From: Mobula hypostoma
Lineage: Eukaryota
DNA: 64,000 nt
Reading direction: 5' to 3'
Assembly (NCBI RefSeq): GCF_963921235.1
Contig: NC_086109.1
Span: forward strand, 34,908,001-34,972,000
Numbering within the stretch: the stretch's first letter is position 1; each line of letters opens with the position of its first letter. Position numbers and translations under genes: made by a program. Shown piece after piece: positions 24,901-35,402 of this stretch. The notes below the pieces were generated by a model. The model was not told the DNA's origin. It saw nothing but the letters and a program-made list of their open reading frames with translations, and did no database searches.

Positions 24901-25165
24901 TGGGGGGTGAGGCGTGAAAGGAGAACAAGCTGGCAAGTGATAGGTGAAACTAGGTGGGTGGAGGAGAGGGATAAAGTAAGTAACTTGGTGGTGATAGGTG
25001 GAAAAAGCAAAGGGCTGAAGAAGAAGGAATCTGATAGGAAAGGAGAATGGACCATGGGAAAATGGGAAGGAAGATGGGCACCGGGGGCAGGTGATGGAGA
25101 GGTGAGGGGAAGCAAAGATGTAAGTGGGAAGCCAGAATGGGGAATGGAAGAGGGGGAGGGCAAAA
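24706..25165 (-). mobile_element. Penelope-like 3' terminal fragment with (GT)n at 24857-24899
   Basis: Same terminal motif as 17380-17470 and 56452-56660. Hammerhead remnant with stem II deleted near 24795-24825. Confidence 0.7.
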
Positions 25166-25971
25166 ATACTGATTTGTGTGTATTTGTTGCCATTCATTGT
25201 TAGTGTATGAAAAATGCAATAAATCATTAAATACTTCACAATAATTGTTATTTTAAACATGCATTTACACTTTCTTTATATTCTTAATTGGAGTAAAGCA
25301 ACCTCAGGATTTATTGCCAATTGCCTTCTGATGATACCTGTCTTGACCTGCAGTAACCTGTGTGATGAAGGTATGCTCACATTGCAGTCAAGTAGGAAAT
25401 TTCAAGATTTAGCATCAATCAAGGAATGCCAACATATTTCCACATGAAGATGGTATATGGCTTGGAGGGGAATTTGGATTTAGAAGGAGCTTTTCTATGT
25501 GCTGCACTGCCTGCCTTTGTTCTTCTTGGTGATAGCAGTCATATTGTAAGTCTAAGAATTACCACAGTGGAGGTTTTGGGGAATCGCTGGAATGCATTGT
25601 GCAGTTGCTGCATGCTATGAACATAGTAAGATAGTAGTAGAACAAATGGGCATCTTTGATAGTTCAGTGGTAACCAAGCAGCCTATTTGTCTTGGGTTGT
25701 GTTGAAATTCATGAAAGTTGTTGGAAGTGCACTCTTTCAGATATATGGGGAATATCCCATCATAGTCTCATGTTAAGGCTTTGAAGAGTCACCCAGAATA
25801 CCAAGATACTAACCTGACCTTAAAGCACAGTATTTCTATTCATGATATAGTTAACCTCTTGGCCAAGTGTGATTCATATTTTACACACTTTCATATGGGA
25901 AAAAGCCTCCTAGAGATGATTTGTTTACAGCTTTAGCCTCTAAACTTCTGTTCATCTGGTTGAGACTTCCA

Positions 25972-26423
25972 TTTCAATAAAATTAGCCTTCTTGCCAACA
26001 ATGTAACAAATGCAATTACATGTTGGTCTGAAGATGAAATAACCTGAATATGATGCGGAACTATTCCAAATAGAACAGTCAATGTATTAGGTTGTAAACT
26101 AATTTTCAGAGCTTTAGAAATTGTAGAAAATAAAGATTTCCAAAAAGATTTTAATGAAGAACATGACCAGAGCATATGTGACAAAATGGCTACTTCAGCT
26201 TTACACCTATCACAATATTTGTCTATGTTAGGAAATATTTTGGATAGTCTCTCCTTTGTTAAATAACAACGGTGACCAATTTTAAATTGAATTAAACAGT
26301 GCTTGGCACATATCGAAGAAGAATTGACCATTTTCAGAACTCGCAACCAACCTTCATTAACAAAGGTCATATGAAGTTCTCTCTCCCAATCTTGTTTAAT
26401 CTTTAGTGAGAGGTTATCTTTTT
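25972..26423 (-). mobile_element. L1/Tx1-type LINE, inverted 5' segment (zf-RVT region)
   Basis: CAKHCLIQFK...YLTKERL...CDRC...HMLWSC cysteine-rich motif. Confidence 0.85.
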
Positions 26424-26724
26424 ATGTAATTGCATTTGTTACATTGTTGGCAAGAAGGGCTATTTTATTGAAATGGAAAGCTACCTCTGTTCCTACATTA
26501 ATTCAATGGTTTTCCCAAATAATGTTATGTCTTAGTTTGAAAAAAATTAGAAGTAGAACTTTTGATCCTCGATTCGATTTTGAGAGAAGATGGGGCTCTT
26601 TTGCCAAATATTATCATTTAATTTGAATTCACTTATATGGTTTCCTTCCAATCATATTTTATATAACTGTGAATTGGCAGTTGATGATTTTTCTTCTTCA
26701 TATATATATATATATATAATCATA

Positions 26725-27496
26725 TGTGACGCCAAGCAGAGCATCCGGACGGATGATGCTAATGAGAGAGATAACGGAAGTCAATGGAGAAACATTCAAA
26801 ATGCTAATAAGAGAGAAGAGAGAGATTATCGAGAAAGAAACACAATTCAGATATTGACAGACCGTTTGCTTTGAACCTGAACTGTTTGAAGTTTGATGGA
26901 CAGATGATACCCCAGCAGGGGGATAAAAAGAGCCGGTTTGCTAAGGCACGACACGCCACGAGACCCTGGAAAGAGCAGTGTGCCCCCACAAGTTGGTGTG
27001 GGTTTGGAGGACCGGTTCGCGGGAATTGGTCAGAGGCTCACAGGGTGTAAAGGTACAATCGGTGGGAACCTGGGGCGTGTGTCCGCCCTTGCCTGCGTGC
27101 CAGGTTCACCATGGAAGAACGATCATATCCAGAATGGAGGGGTCACAGTCGGTGACCACAGCAGGATCAGAAGACATCAAAAGGTCTGCCCGAAACCTCC
27201 CCAACGGTACAACAACAGTGATTACTTCGAACTGCACTAAACTGAACTGAACTCTGCTTCACTTAAGACTGATGATTTTACCCCTAGACTGTGATAGAGC
27301 TTGGTTGATTCCTATTACCCTATTTCTGTGTATATGTGTGTATTAACATTGCTAACCTGTTACATTTATATCCTTGCGATTAGTGTACTGTATTACTTAT
27401 TTCTTTAATAAAACTTTATTAGTTCCTAGTAATCACAGACTCCAACGAGCGTTCCATTTCTGCTGGTCTGGGAACCCAGTTACAGGGTATGTAACA
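26725..27496 (+). repeat. 5' LTR
   Basis: TGTGACG...GTAACA. Direct repeat of 31553-32453. Confidence 0.93.
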
Positions 27497-27500
27497 TAAA

Positions 27501-27518
27501 TTGGGGCTTGTCCGGGAT
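27501..27518 (+). promoter_or_regulatory. Primer-binding site, tRNA-Pro
   Basis: TTGGGGCTTGTCCGGGAT is a 16/18 match to the canonical Pro PBS TGGGGGCTCGTCCGGGAT. Confidence 0.88.
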
Positions 27519-27596
27519 TTTGAATGCCAAAATTGGGACTGGGTAAATTGATTGGGTTAAAATTCCCCGAAGAAAAAAAGAGGGTAAACAGCAGAA

Positions 27597-29990
27597 ATGA
27601 TGATTGAGGAATTTCTAAAGGCGCCAACCTTGGAGGCATCAGAGGATGCCAGGAAGTCAGAATTGGCGACTGTTGCCAAACGATTGAATCTTTTTAAGGG
27701 GAAGCCGACAATAAGGAGAGTGGGGATGCACAGAGCTATCGTTGAGCATTATGTATCTAAAGGTGTGTTTCCCCACGGGGAGCTGGAGATGGTGTCTAAG
27801 AGCAAACCTGGTGGAGAGGCAGTGCAGCTGCAGATGGAAAAATTAAGACTCGAGCACGAGTTCCGAGTAAAGCAGTTAGAAAGGGAAGAGAAGCAGTTAG
27901 AACAGGAAGAGAGAGTAAGGCAGTTAGAACGGGAAGAGAGAGTAAGGCAGGTAGAATGGGAAGAGAGAGTAAGGCAGGTAGAATGGGAAGAGAGAGTAAA
28001 GCAGCTAGAGCGAGAAGAGAGAGTGAAGCAGTTAGTACGGGAAGAGAGAGTAAAGCAGTTAGAACGGGAAGAGAGAGAGAAGGAAAGGGAGTTTGAGCTG
28101 GAAAAGTTGAGAATGGCGCTAGAAAGGGGCCAAATGCCGAACCAAGGTGGAGGGTTCAGGGTGACCCAGGAGCTTAGGTTGGTTCCCCCATTTGAGGAGG
28201 CCAATGTTGATCGGTACTTTCTACATTTTGAAAAAGTCGCTGCAAGTCAGGACTGGCCGAGGGATAAGTGGGCTGTTTAACTTCAGAGCGTACTTAAGGA
28301 GAAGGCTCAACAAGCTTACTCAGCGTTGTCAGCAGAAGATGCCCAGAGATATGATGTGATGAAAGAGGCTGTACTCAGGATTTATGAGTTGGTCCTGGAG
28401 GCATACCGGCAAAGGTTCCGGAATGTGAGGAAGCAGTGGGGCCGCACGTATTTAGAGTTTGCCCATGACATACAGATGTATTGTGAGCGTTGGTGCACCT
28501 CGAAAGGGGTCACTGGGAATTATGACAGACTGCTACAGCTAATACTGATTGAGCAACTTAAAGGTTGTGTCCCTGAAGGTATGAGACCCTATCTAGATGA
28601 GAAAGAGGCAGAAACCTTAGCCACAACTGCTAAGTTAGCGGATGAATACACGTTAACACACAAAGCAAAGTTTACCCCGAGTAACAGCTACCAGAAGGGT
28701 AGTCGAGAGGGCGGAGAAAGTCCACCGGAAAAGCCAGAAAGTAAGCTGGGGACTAGTGAGAAGGATAAGGAAGACAGGAAGAAGTTTGGTAGAAAGTCTC
28801 CTGGGGTCATATGCTATAATTGTGGGAAAGCCGGTCACATTGCGTCCAGGTGTTTTGCCCCAAAGAAGGGGACAGGGAAAGGGAAAACGATGACTCTGAC
28901 TGGCTGTATTGAGCCGGCAAACAAACCGCTAGGGGAGAAGAGGTCTGCTAGAGTTCAGGAAGGGCGCGAGAAGTTTATTTCGGCCGGATTGGTGTCGGTG
29001 AAGGAGGGGTCAACCCCAGTTCCAGTACGGATCTGGAGAAACACTGGAGCTGATCAGTCATTGATCTTAAGGCGGGTGTTAGACTTTAGTGCAGAGACCG
29101 AGACTGAGAAGGTCAGTGTGAACAAAGGCATTGGGAAAGGGACTGAAGCAGTACCTTTGCACCAGATATACCTGAAAAGTGACTTGGTCTCTGGACCGGT
29201 CACGATAGGGGTGAGGCCCGAATTACCGATGGAAGACGTGGAGGTCTTACTTGGTAACGACCTTGCAGGTGGAGATGTGTACCCAGTAGTAAAGCTGACA
29301 AGCAAGCCTGCCAGGACTGAGGCCCCGCCCATGGACTCACAGGTTTATCCCGTTTGTGCAGTATCTCGGAGCATGTCCAGAAAGGCTGCCGAAGCAAATG
29401 TAGATTTAGCTGAGACGTTTTTACCAGCCTTGTACCAGGAGGGGTTAGAAAGTGAGAAGAAGGAGCATAGTGGAGCGGAAGGAAGTAAGGGAGTTGAGGT
29501 AGATTTATCATTAACGAGGAAGGAATTTATACAGGCACAGGAACAAGACGAGGAGCTGATGGTTTTGACGGAGACAGTTCTCTCTGAAGCAGAAATAAAA
29601 AGGGAACCAGTGGGCTATTATGTGAAGGAGGGAGTACTGATGAGGAAGTGGAGACCAAGTACCGTGCCTGCAGATGAGGAGTGGGGGGTGGTACACCAGG
29701 TGGTAGTGCCGAAAATTTATAGGGACAAAATTTTTAACCTGGCCCACAAGATACCTCTCAGTGGACATTTTGGGGTGAGGAAAACAGTCGATAGAATTAT
29801 GAAAGAATTTTACTGGCGGAACATGAGGAAGGATATTATTGAGTATTGTAGACGTAAGCTGACACAGTTAATGTATATTAATATGTTAAAAGCTTACCAC
29901 GATAAGAAAGCAGATCTAGTCAGTATTATCACAAAAATAAATGAGGCTGGGTGCCAAATGATAAGGGGAAAACCCATCTTGAAAATATAA
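27597..29990 (+). pseudogene. gag (coiled-coil repeat, SCAN-like domain, zinc knuckle), protease and integrase remnants
   Basis: One frame with a premature TAA at 28278. EAYRQRFR (SCAN-like), CYNCGKAGHIASRC, RNTGA (catalytic D replaced by N), integrase H...H zinc-binding start AHKIPLSGHFG. Confidence 0.9.
27870..28078 (+). repeat. 27-bp tandem repeat in gag (VKQLEREER)n
   Basis: Direct reading of nucleotides and translation. Confidence 0.95.
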
Positions 29991-31424
29991 ATATGGTGCC
30001 AACCAGATTGGAGAACTCTATTGTTTTGGCCAACTTTGCTGATAAGGTCTCTCACTTAACCCCTGAACAGAGTGAGCCGCTGATAAAGCTAATTAACCAG
30101 CATGCAGATGTATGTCTGGATGTCCCGAGGCGATGCAAGGGGACAGTACATGATGTTGTCGTCACATCAGATCAGCCTATTAGGCAACACCCCTATGGGA
30201 TGAACTTGGAGAAAGGCAAGCTAGTGGAGAAAGAAATTGAACACATGCTAGCCACAGGTATTATTAGGCCATCCAAATTGGAATGGGCTTCTCCCTGTGG
30301 GGTTGTCCTGAAACCTGATGGGAGCATACGATTCTGTGCAGATTACAGAAAGGTGAACGCCATCACAAAAACTGATGCTTACCCCATCCCAAGGGTAGAC
30401 GATTGCATCGATAAAGTGGGGAGAGCTAAGTACATCACAAAGATCAATTTGCTGAAAGGGTACTGGTGTTTCCCTTTAACCGACCGGGCTAGAGAAATCT
30501 CAGCATTTGTCACTCCATCCGGGTTATACGAGTATAATGTTTTACCTTTTGGCATGAAAAACACCCCAAGGCCTTCCAAAGGATGATTAATTCAGTGATA
30601 AAAAGGTTAAAGAACGCAGAAGCGTATATTGACGATTTAGTGGTCTGGAGTGACATGTGGGAGGAGCACATTGTGGCAGTAGAGGAACTGTTTAAACAGC
30701 TGTCTGAAGCCAACCTGACAGTGAACCTCGCGAAAAGTGAGTTCGGCCACGCTAAGGTCACTTATCTGGGGTATGTGGTAGGACAGGGGCAGCTGGCACT
30801 GATGCAGGCTAAGGTGCAGGCTATCTCTGAAGTTCCCATCCTGATGGACAAGAGAGCCCTGAGAAGGTTCTTGGGGATGGTGGGGTACTATTGGAAGTTT
30901 TGCAAAAACTTTGTGGATATTACCCTCCCTCTTACTAAGCTCTTGCCGAAGAATGTGAAATTTGTGTGGAACGACCTTTGTCAACAAGGCTTCGAGAGTC
31001 TGAAGGTGATTCTGTGTCACCACCCTGTATTGAATGCGCCTGACTTTTCTAAACCCTTCTCCCTAGTAACAGATGCCAGCGACGAAGAGGCAGGGGCGGT
31101 GCTGTTGCAGACAAAGAGGAAATTGAACACCCAGTGGCTTATTTTTCTAAGAAGTTTAATGTCCATCAGAGAAATTATTCCACTGTGGAGAAGGAACTAC
31201 TGGCAATCATACTGGCATTACAACATTTTGAGGTTTATATTTGTCCGGCGCGGAAGCCACTGATAATTTACACTGATCACAATCTATTAGTGTTTTTGGC
31301 CACAATGAAGGATAAAAACAAACGCGTATTAATTTGGAGCCTGGTATTACAGGAATTTGATATTAAGATAAAACATATAAAAGGAACTGACAATGTGATT
31401 GCTGATTGTCTGTCAAGGTGTTAA
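29951..31424 (+). pseudogene. Reverse transcriptase and RNase H, frameshifted
   Basis: KPDGSIRFCADYRKVN, YIDD, TDAS, RNYSTVEKELLA, TDH, ADCLSR spread across three ORFs. Confidence 0.93.
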
Positions 31425-31552
31425 AACTTGAAGTTCTCTGTATTAGTCGAATAGCTGATGACTACCTGTATATTAGTGTGTATCTTATAATGTGCATTCA
31501 TGCCCATAATTTTTACCCCGGTAACAATCCTTTTAAGGGTGGGGGTGCCATG

Positions 31553-32076
31553 TGTGACGCCAAGCAGAGCTACCAGATGGATGATGCTAATGAGAGAGAT
31601 AACAAAAGACAATGGAGAAACATTCAAAGTGCTAATAAGAGAGAAGAGAGAGATTAACGAGAAAGAAACACAATTCAGATATTGACAGACCGTTGCTTTG
31701 AACCTGAACTGTTTGAGGTTTGATGGACAGGTTATACCCCAGCAGGGGGACAAAAAGAGCAGGTTTGCTAAGGCATGATATGCCATGAGACCCTGGAAAG
31801 AGCAGAGTGCCCCATAAGCTGGTGGGAGTGTGGAGGACCAGTTCGCGGGAATTGGTCAAAGGCTCACAGGGTGTAAAGGTACAATCGGTGGGAACCTGGG
31901 GTGTGTGTCCGCCCTTGCCTGGGTGCTGGGTTCACCGCGGAAGAACGATCATATCCGGAATGGAGGGGTCACAGTCGGTGACCACAGCGGGATCAGAAGA
32001 GATCAAAAGGTCTGCCCAAAACCAACTGCATCTCTCACTCTCTCTCTCTCCCTCTCTCTCTCTCTCTCTCCCCCTC

Positions 32077-32107
<31 letters not shown>

Positions 32108-32453
32108 CCCTCTCTCTCTCTCTCTCTCCCTCTCTCTCTCTCTCCCTCTTTCTCTCTCCAACGGTACAACAACAGCAATTACTTCGAACTGCACTAAACT
32201 GAAGTGAACTCTGCTTCACTTAAGACTGATCATTTTGCCCCTAGACTGCGATAGAGCTTGATTGATTCCTGTTACCCTATTTCTGCATATATGTGTGTAT
32301 TATCATTGCTAACCTGTTACATTTATATCCTTGCGATTAGTGTACTGTATTACTTACTTCTTTAATAAAACTTTATTAGTTCCTAGTAATCACAGACTCC
32401 AACGAGCGTTCCATTTCTGCTGGTTTGGCAACCCAGTTACGGGGTACGTAATA
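31553..32453 (+). repeat. 3' LTR with (CT)n tract at ~32030-32158
   Basis: Direct repeat of the 5' LTR. PPT AAGGGTGGGGG at ~31535-31545. Confidence 0.92.
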
Positions 32454-32461
32454 ATACACAT

Positions 32462-32496
<35 letters not shown>

Positions 32497-33361
32497 TGAT
32501 TTACAGATGTGTTGCTCCAGGAGTTGGTTCCTAATCTTTTTTTTAAAATTATTTTTCTTTTTCCTTTTTTTTCTTTTTCTTTCTCTTGTAGTTAGTGGGT
32601 TTTTTCCCTTTTAGTTAGTTGGGGTTTTCTTTTTTCCCTTCTTTATAAAAAATAATTTTATATTTTCATTATCATATATTATTCTTTTTTGATAAGTTTT
32701 TTTCAGCTTTATTAACTGTATATATATATATATCAATTTGTTGAAGTCTTGTATCATTTTATAGCTGTAGAAGATTATGTATCAATAAAAAGATTTTAAA
32801 AATGAAAAAATGAAGATGAGACTTCCACTGAATATACTTCTCCAGTTTGTACACAAAATGCCTTTCAAAAGTAGGGAATTTTCAAGATAATCTTCTCATT
32901 TCAAGTTCTGAAATTCTGAAAACTATATGGTAAAATATAAAAGGTTGGGCTAAAAATAACACATGACATCCTTGATATCTATATGTATACCTTGACAAAT
33001 TTTAGCTGGAGTCTCACCATATCGTACATATGCACAAATAACTGGTGACATAAGTTAACAAGCATCAGAATTTTGATGTTACTGTTGCAGTGTTCTAAAA
33101 CAAGTATGCATTTAGTGAATGGCATGTGTGTTAGTACAAACCTAGGCCTGGAGTCCTGTTCCTTCCTGAGCTGTTGACAGGGTTCAAATTGTAAACTGTC
33201 ACAAGGTTTGTATGTAGATGGTCCCAAAGTCTTCTGTCTCCCTGATAAATCTTTTAGCTTTCTTGATTCATTGATGATGACCCTTTCAATGTGCCCTTCA
33301 CGTTTTGTTGGCCATTGGAAATATAAGCTGACATCATTTGATGGAAAACTTAAGGGACAAT

Positions 33362-33920
33362 GTTCAAAGTAAATTTATTATCAAAGTATGTATACATTAT
33401 CATAACCTTATGATTTGTCTCCTTACAGGCATCCACAAAACAAAGAAACCTGGTAGATGGACAGATCAGCCATGATCTTATTGAATGGCAGGGCAGGCTT
33501 GATGGGCCGGATGGCCTACTCCTGCTCTTATTTCTTATGTTTATGTGTGTTTAAGACAAAAGGAAGGCTGACAAACACCCAAGGTGCAGAGAGAATTTTT
33601 AAAAAATCATGCAAGCAATAAAAGTAAGTAAATAGCATTTAGAATAAAAGTGAGTCCTCAGACACAAAACCCAGAGCAGCTGGAGTAGGCCACAGCCTTG
33701 ACTTCAGCCTCTATTCAGTGTGCGGCAGAGTAAATGTGGCGGAGCCTGTAGGCCTCAGCCTGAATTTAGCACACAGTGGAGTAATTGTCGTGGATCAGTG
33801 AGCAGAAATGGCCCAACCCTCGCCTCTGGTCCCGACACCCTGCCTTTTGAATCCATCTGGCCCAGCGTTTAAATCGTCCAAACAGCCATCATTCCTCACG
33901 CTTGAGTCCCGGACCTAGTC
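33362..33920 (-). mobile_element. Non-autonomous LINE-tail element containing a CR1 3' tail (~33452-33545)
   Basis: gttcaaagtaaatttattatcaaag end is shared with ~46820-46990. CR1 tail gatcagccatgatc...gggccggatggcctactcctgctc. Confidence 0.5.
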
Positions 33921-34077
33921 ACAAATGCTGGAATCTGGAGCTTCTCAATGGGTTGAGCAGCACCTGCAGGAAGAAAGAAATTGTTGACGCTTTGGTCAGT
34001 CCTCTGGCATCAGGGAAAAGGTTCAAAACCACCCTAAAGCTTCCCACCAACTAAAACAGCAGAACTGTTACATTAAG

Positions 34078-34212
34078 AACTCAGCAGGTCGGGCAGCATC
34101 CGTGGAAACGATCAGTCAACGTTTCGGGCTGGATGCTGCCCGACCTGCTGAGTTCCTCCAGTGTGTTGTGAGTGTTGTTTTGACCCCAGCATCTGCAGAA
34201 TATTTTGTGTTT
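34078..34212. mobile_element. Very short Penelope-derived insertion with internal inversion
   Basis: 15-bp TSD ACTGTTACATTAAGA (34064-34078 and 34213-34227). Perfect 24-bp inverted repeat 34078-34101 / 34131-34154. Confidence 0.85.
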
Positions 34213-35304
34213 ACTGTTACATTAAGATCTGCCTAGGTAGAGCTAATGTACATAAGGCTTAGCATTCCCAATGTGACCTGTATGACACTTTGCACAAACA
34301 TAACCCTGATCTAGATTTCAATTCTGTCTCACTGATATTCTAACTCAGATTTTTAAATGCAGTATACGGTTACAAGGAACCACTATAATTTAACCAGATG
34401 TCAGTTATTAACTGTACTGAAATTTTTTATTTTTATTTTTGCTGTTGATTCATATACAGTAAGCATTACAAGTTAAAATCAGGAAATTAAGTAGAAACAA
34501 CAGCTGTAATACAAAAGCAGACTCTGAATCGGTTTTCAATAAGGCATAAAGAAACTGTGTAATTTCAATGTTATTACCCGTAGCCAGTTATTCATACTAT
34601 CATCAATTATGTCTTTACTGAATTGTACTTGTCTTTCAGTCGACCACATCTGTACAATCAATCGCTTTGACGTGAGAAAATTTGTAGTGGAGAATAGTAA
34701 GTTTACAGCAGGGAATAGTTAATTCTTGGTTCTGTAGCATAACAGATAGAGATGGGGGATGAGCATGTAGTATTGAGATAAAGGGTGCCCTTACCGGGTT
34801 GCTACCAGAGAGTGTAAGTTCTTTTTTTAACAGGATCAACTGTCCCAAGGCACAAGCTGTAGGCTAAGTTGAACTATAGTAAATTCATGCCTGGATACCA
34901 GCCTAGCAACGGTTTCATAAAACTCCAGGATGGAAGCTTGCCATTGTGCATCTAATGTAAAAGTGGAACTGCACACAGTTCATATAGAACGTAGCTGCTG
35001 AAGATTGACACTGCAAAATGCTTACATCACTCGACGTATATACTGTGCATGTGGGGTAGAAACTGTGAGGGGAAAAAGCAGATAAGAAATAACTGCAAAT
35101 AATGAAGTTGTTGGATTGGGGAGCATTCATTCTCAGAAGAGTGACTCTCTGCAGACATCAGCTTGTAATAAAGAGAAAGTTTGTTCTGTAGGTGAGCCCC
35201 AGACTCTGTGTGAATTATTTCTATCTACAAGGCAGTAAATAATGGAAGTACCCTGCATTCTGTTGTATTATAATCTTGACTAAAGACCAAAATACACAAA
35301 ACAG

Positions 35305-35402
35305 AATCCTGCCAAAGGATTTCAGCCCGAAACATCGACTGTTCTTCTTTCCATAGATGCTGCCTGGCCTGCTGAGTTCCTCTAGCATTTTGTGTGTGTT
35401 GC
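35305..35402 (+). mobile_element. Penelope-like 3' terminal fragment with decayed hammerhead motif
   Basis: aatc-CTGCCAA-aggatttcagccc-GAAA-ca-TC-gact followed by the shared PLE tail gatgctgcctggcctgctgagttc. Confidence 0.7.

Larger units (their letters stand above)
26725..32453 (+). mobile_element. Gmr1-like Gypsy LTR retrotransposon, internally deleted
   Basis: Two LTRs, tRNA-Pro PBS, PPT, gag with SCAN-like and CCHC domains, and domain order PR-IN-RT-RH. Confidence 0.93.
26424..32816 (+). mobile_element. L1/Tx1-type LINE 3' end and 3' UTR, split by a Gypsy insertion in a (TA)n tract
   Basis: LARRAILLKWK...RWGSF C-terminus. The UTR resumes after 32454 with AATAAA and an A-rich tail. TSD TGAGACTTCCA at 25961-25971 and 32817-32827. 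Confidence 0.8.

Noticed and set aside
31545..31553. CATG just before the 3' LTR suggesting a separate LTR insertion
   Set aside because: No matching CATG follows 32453, and the PPT position fits a normal 3' LTR.
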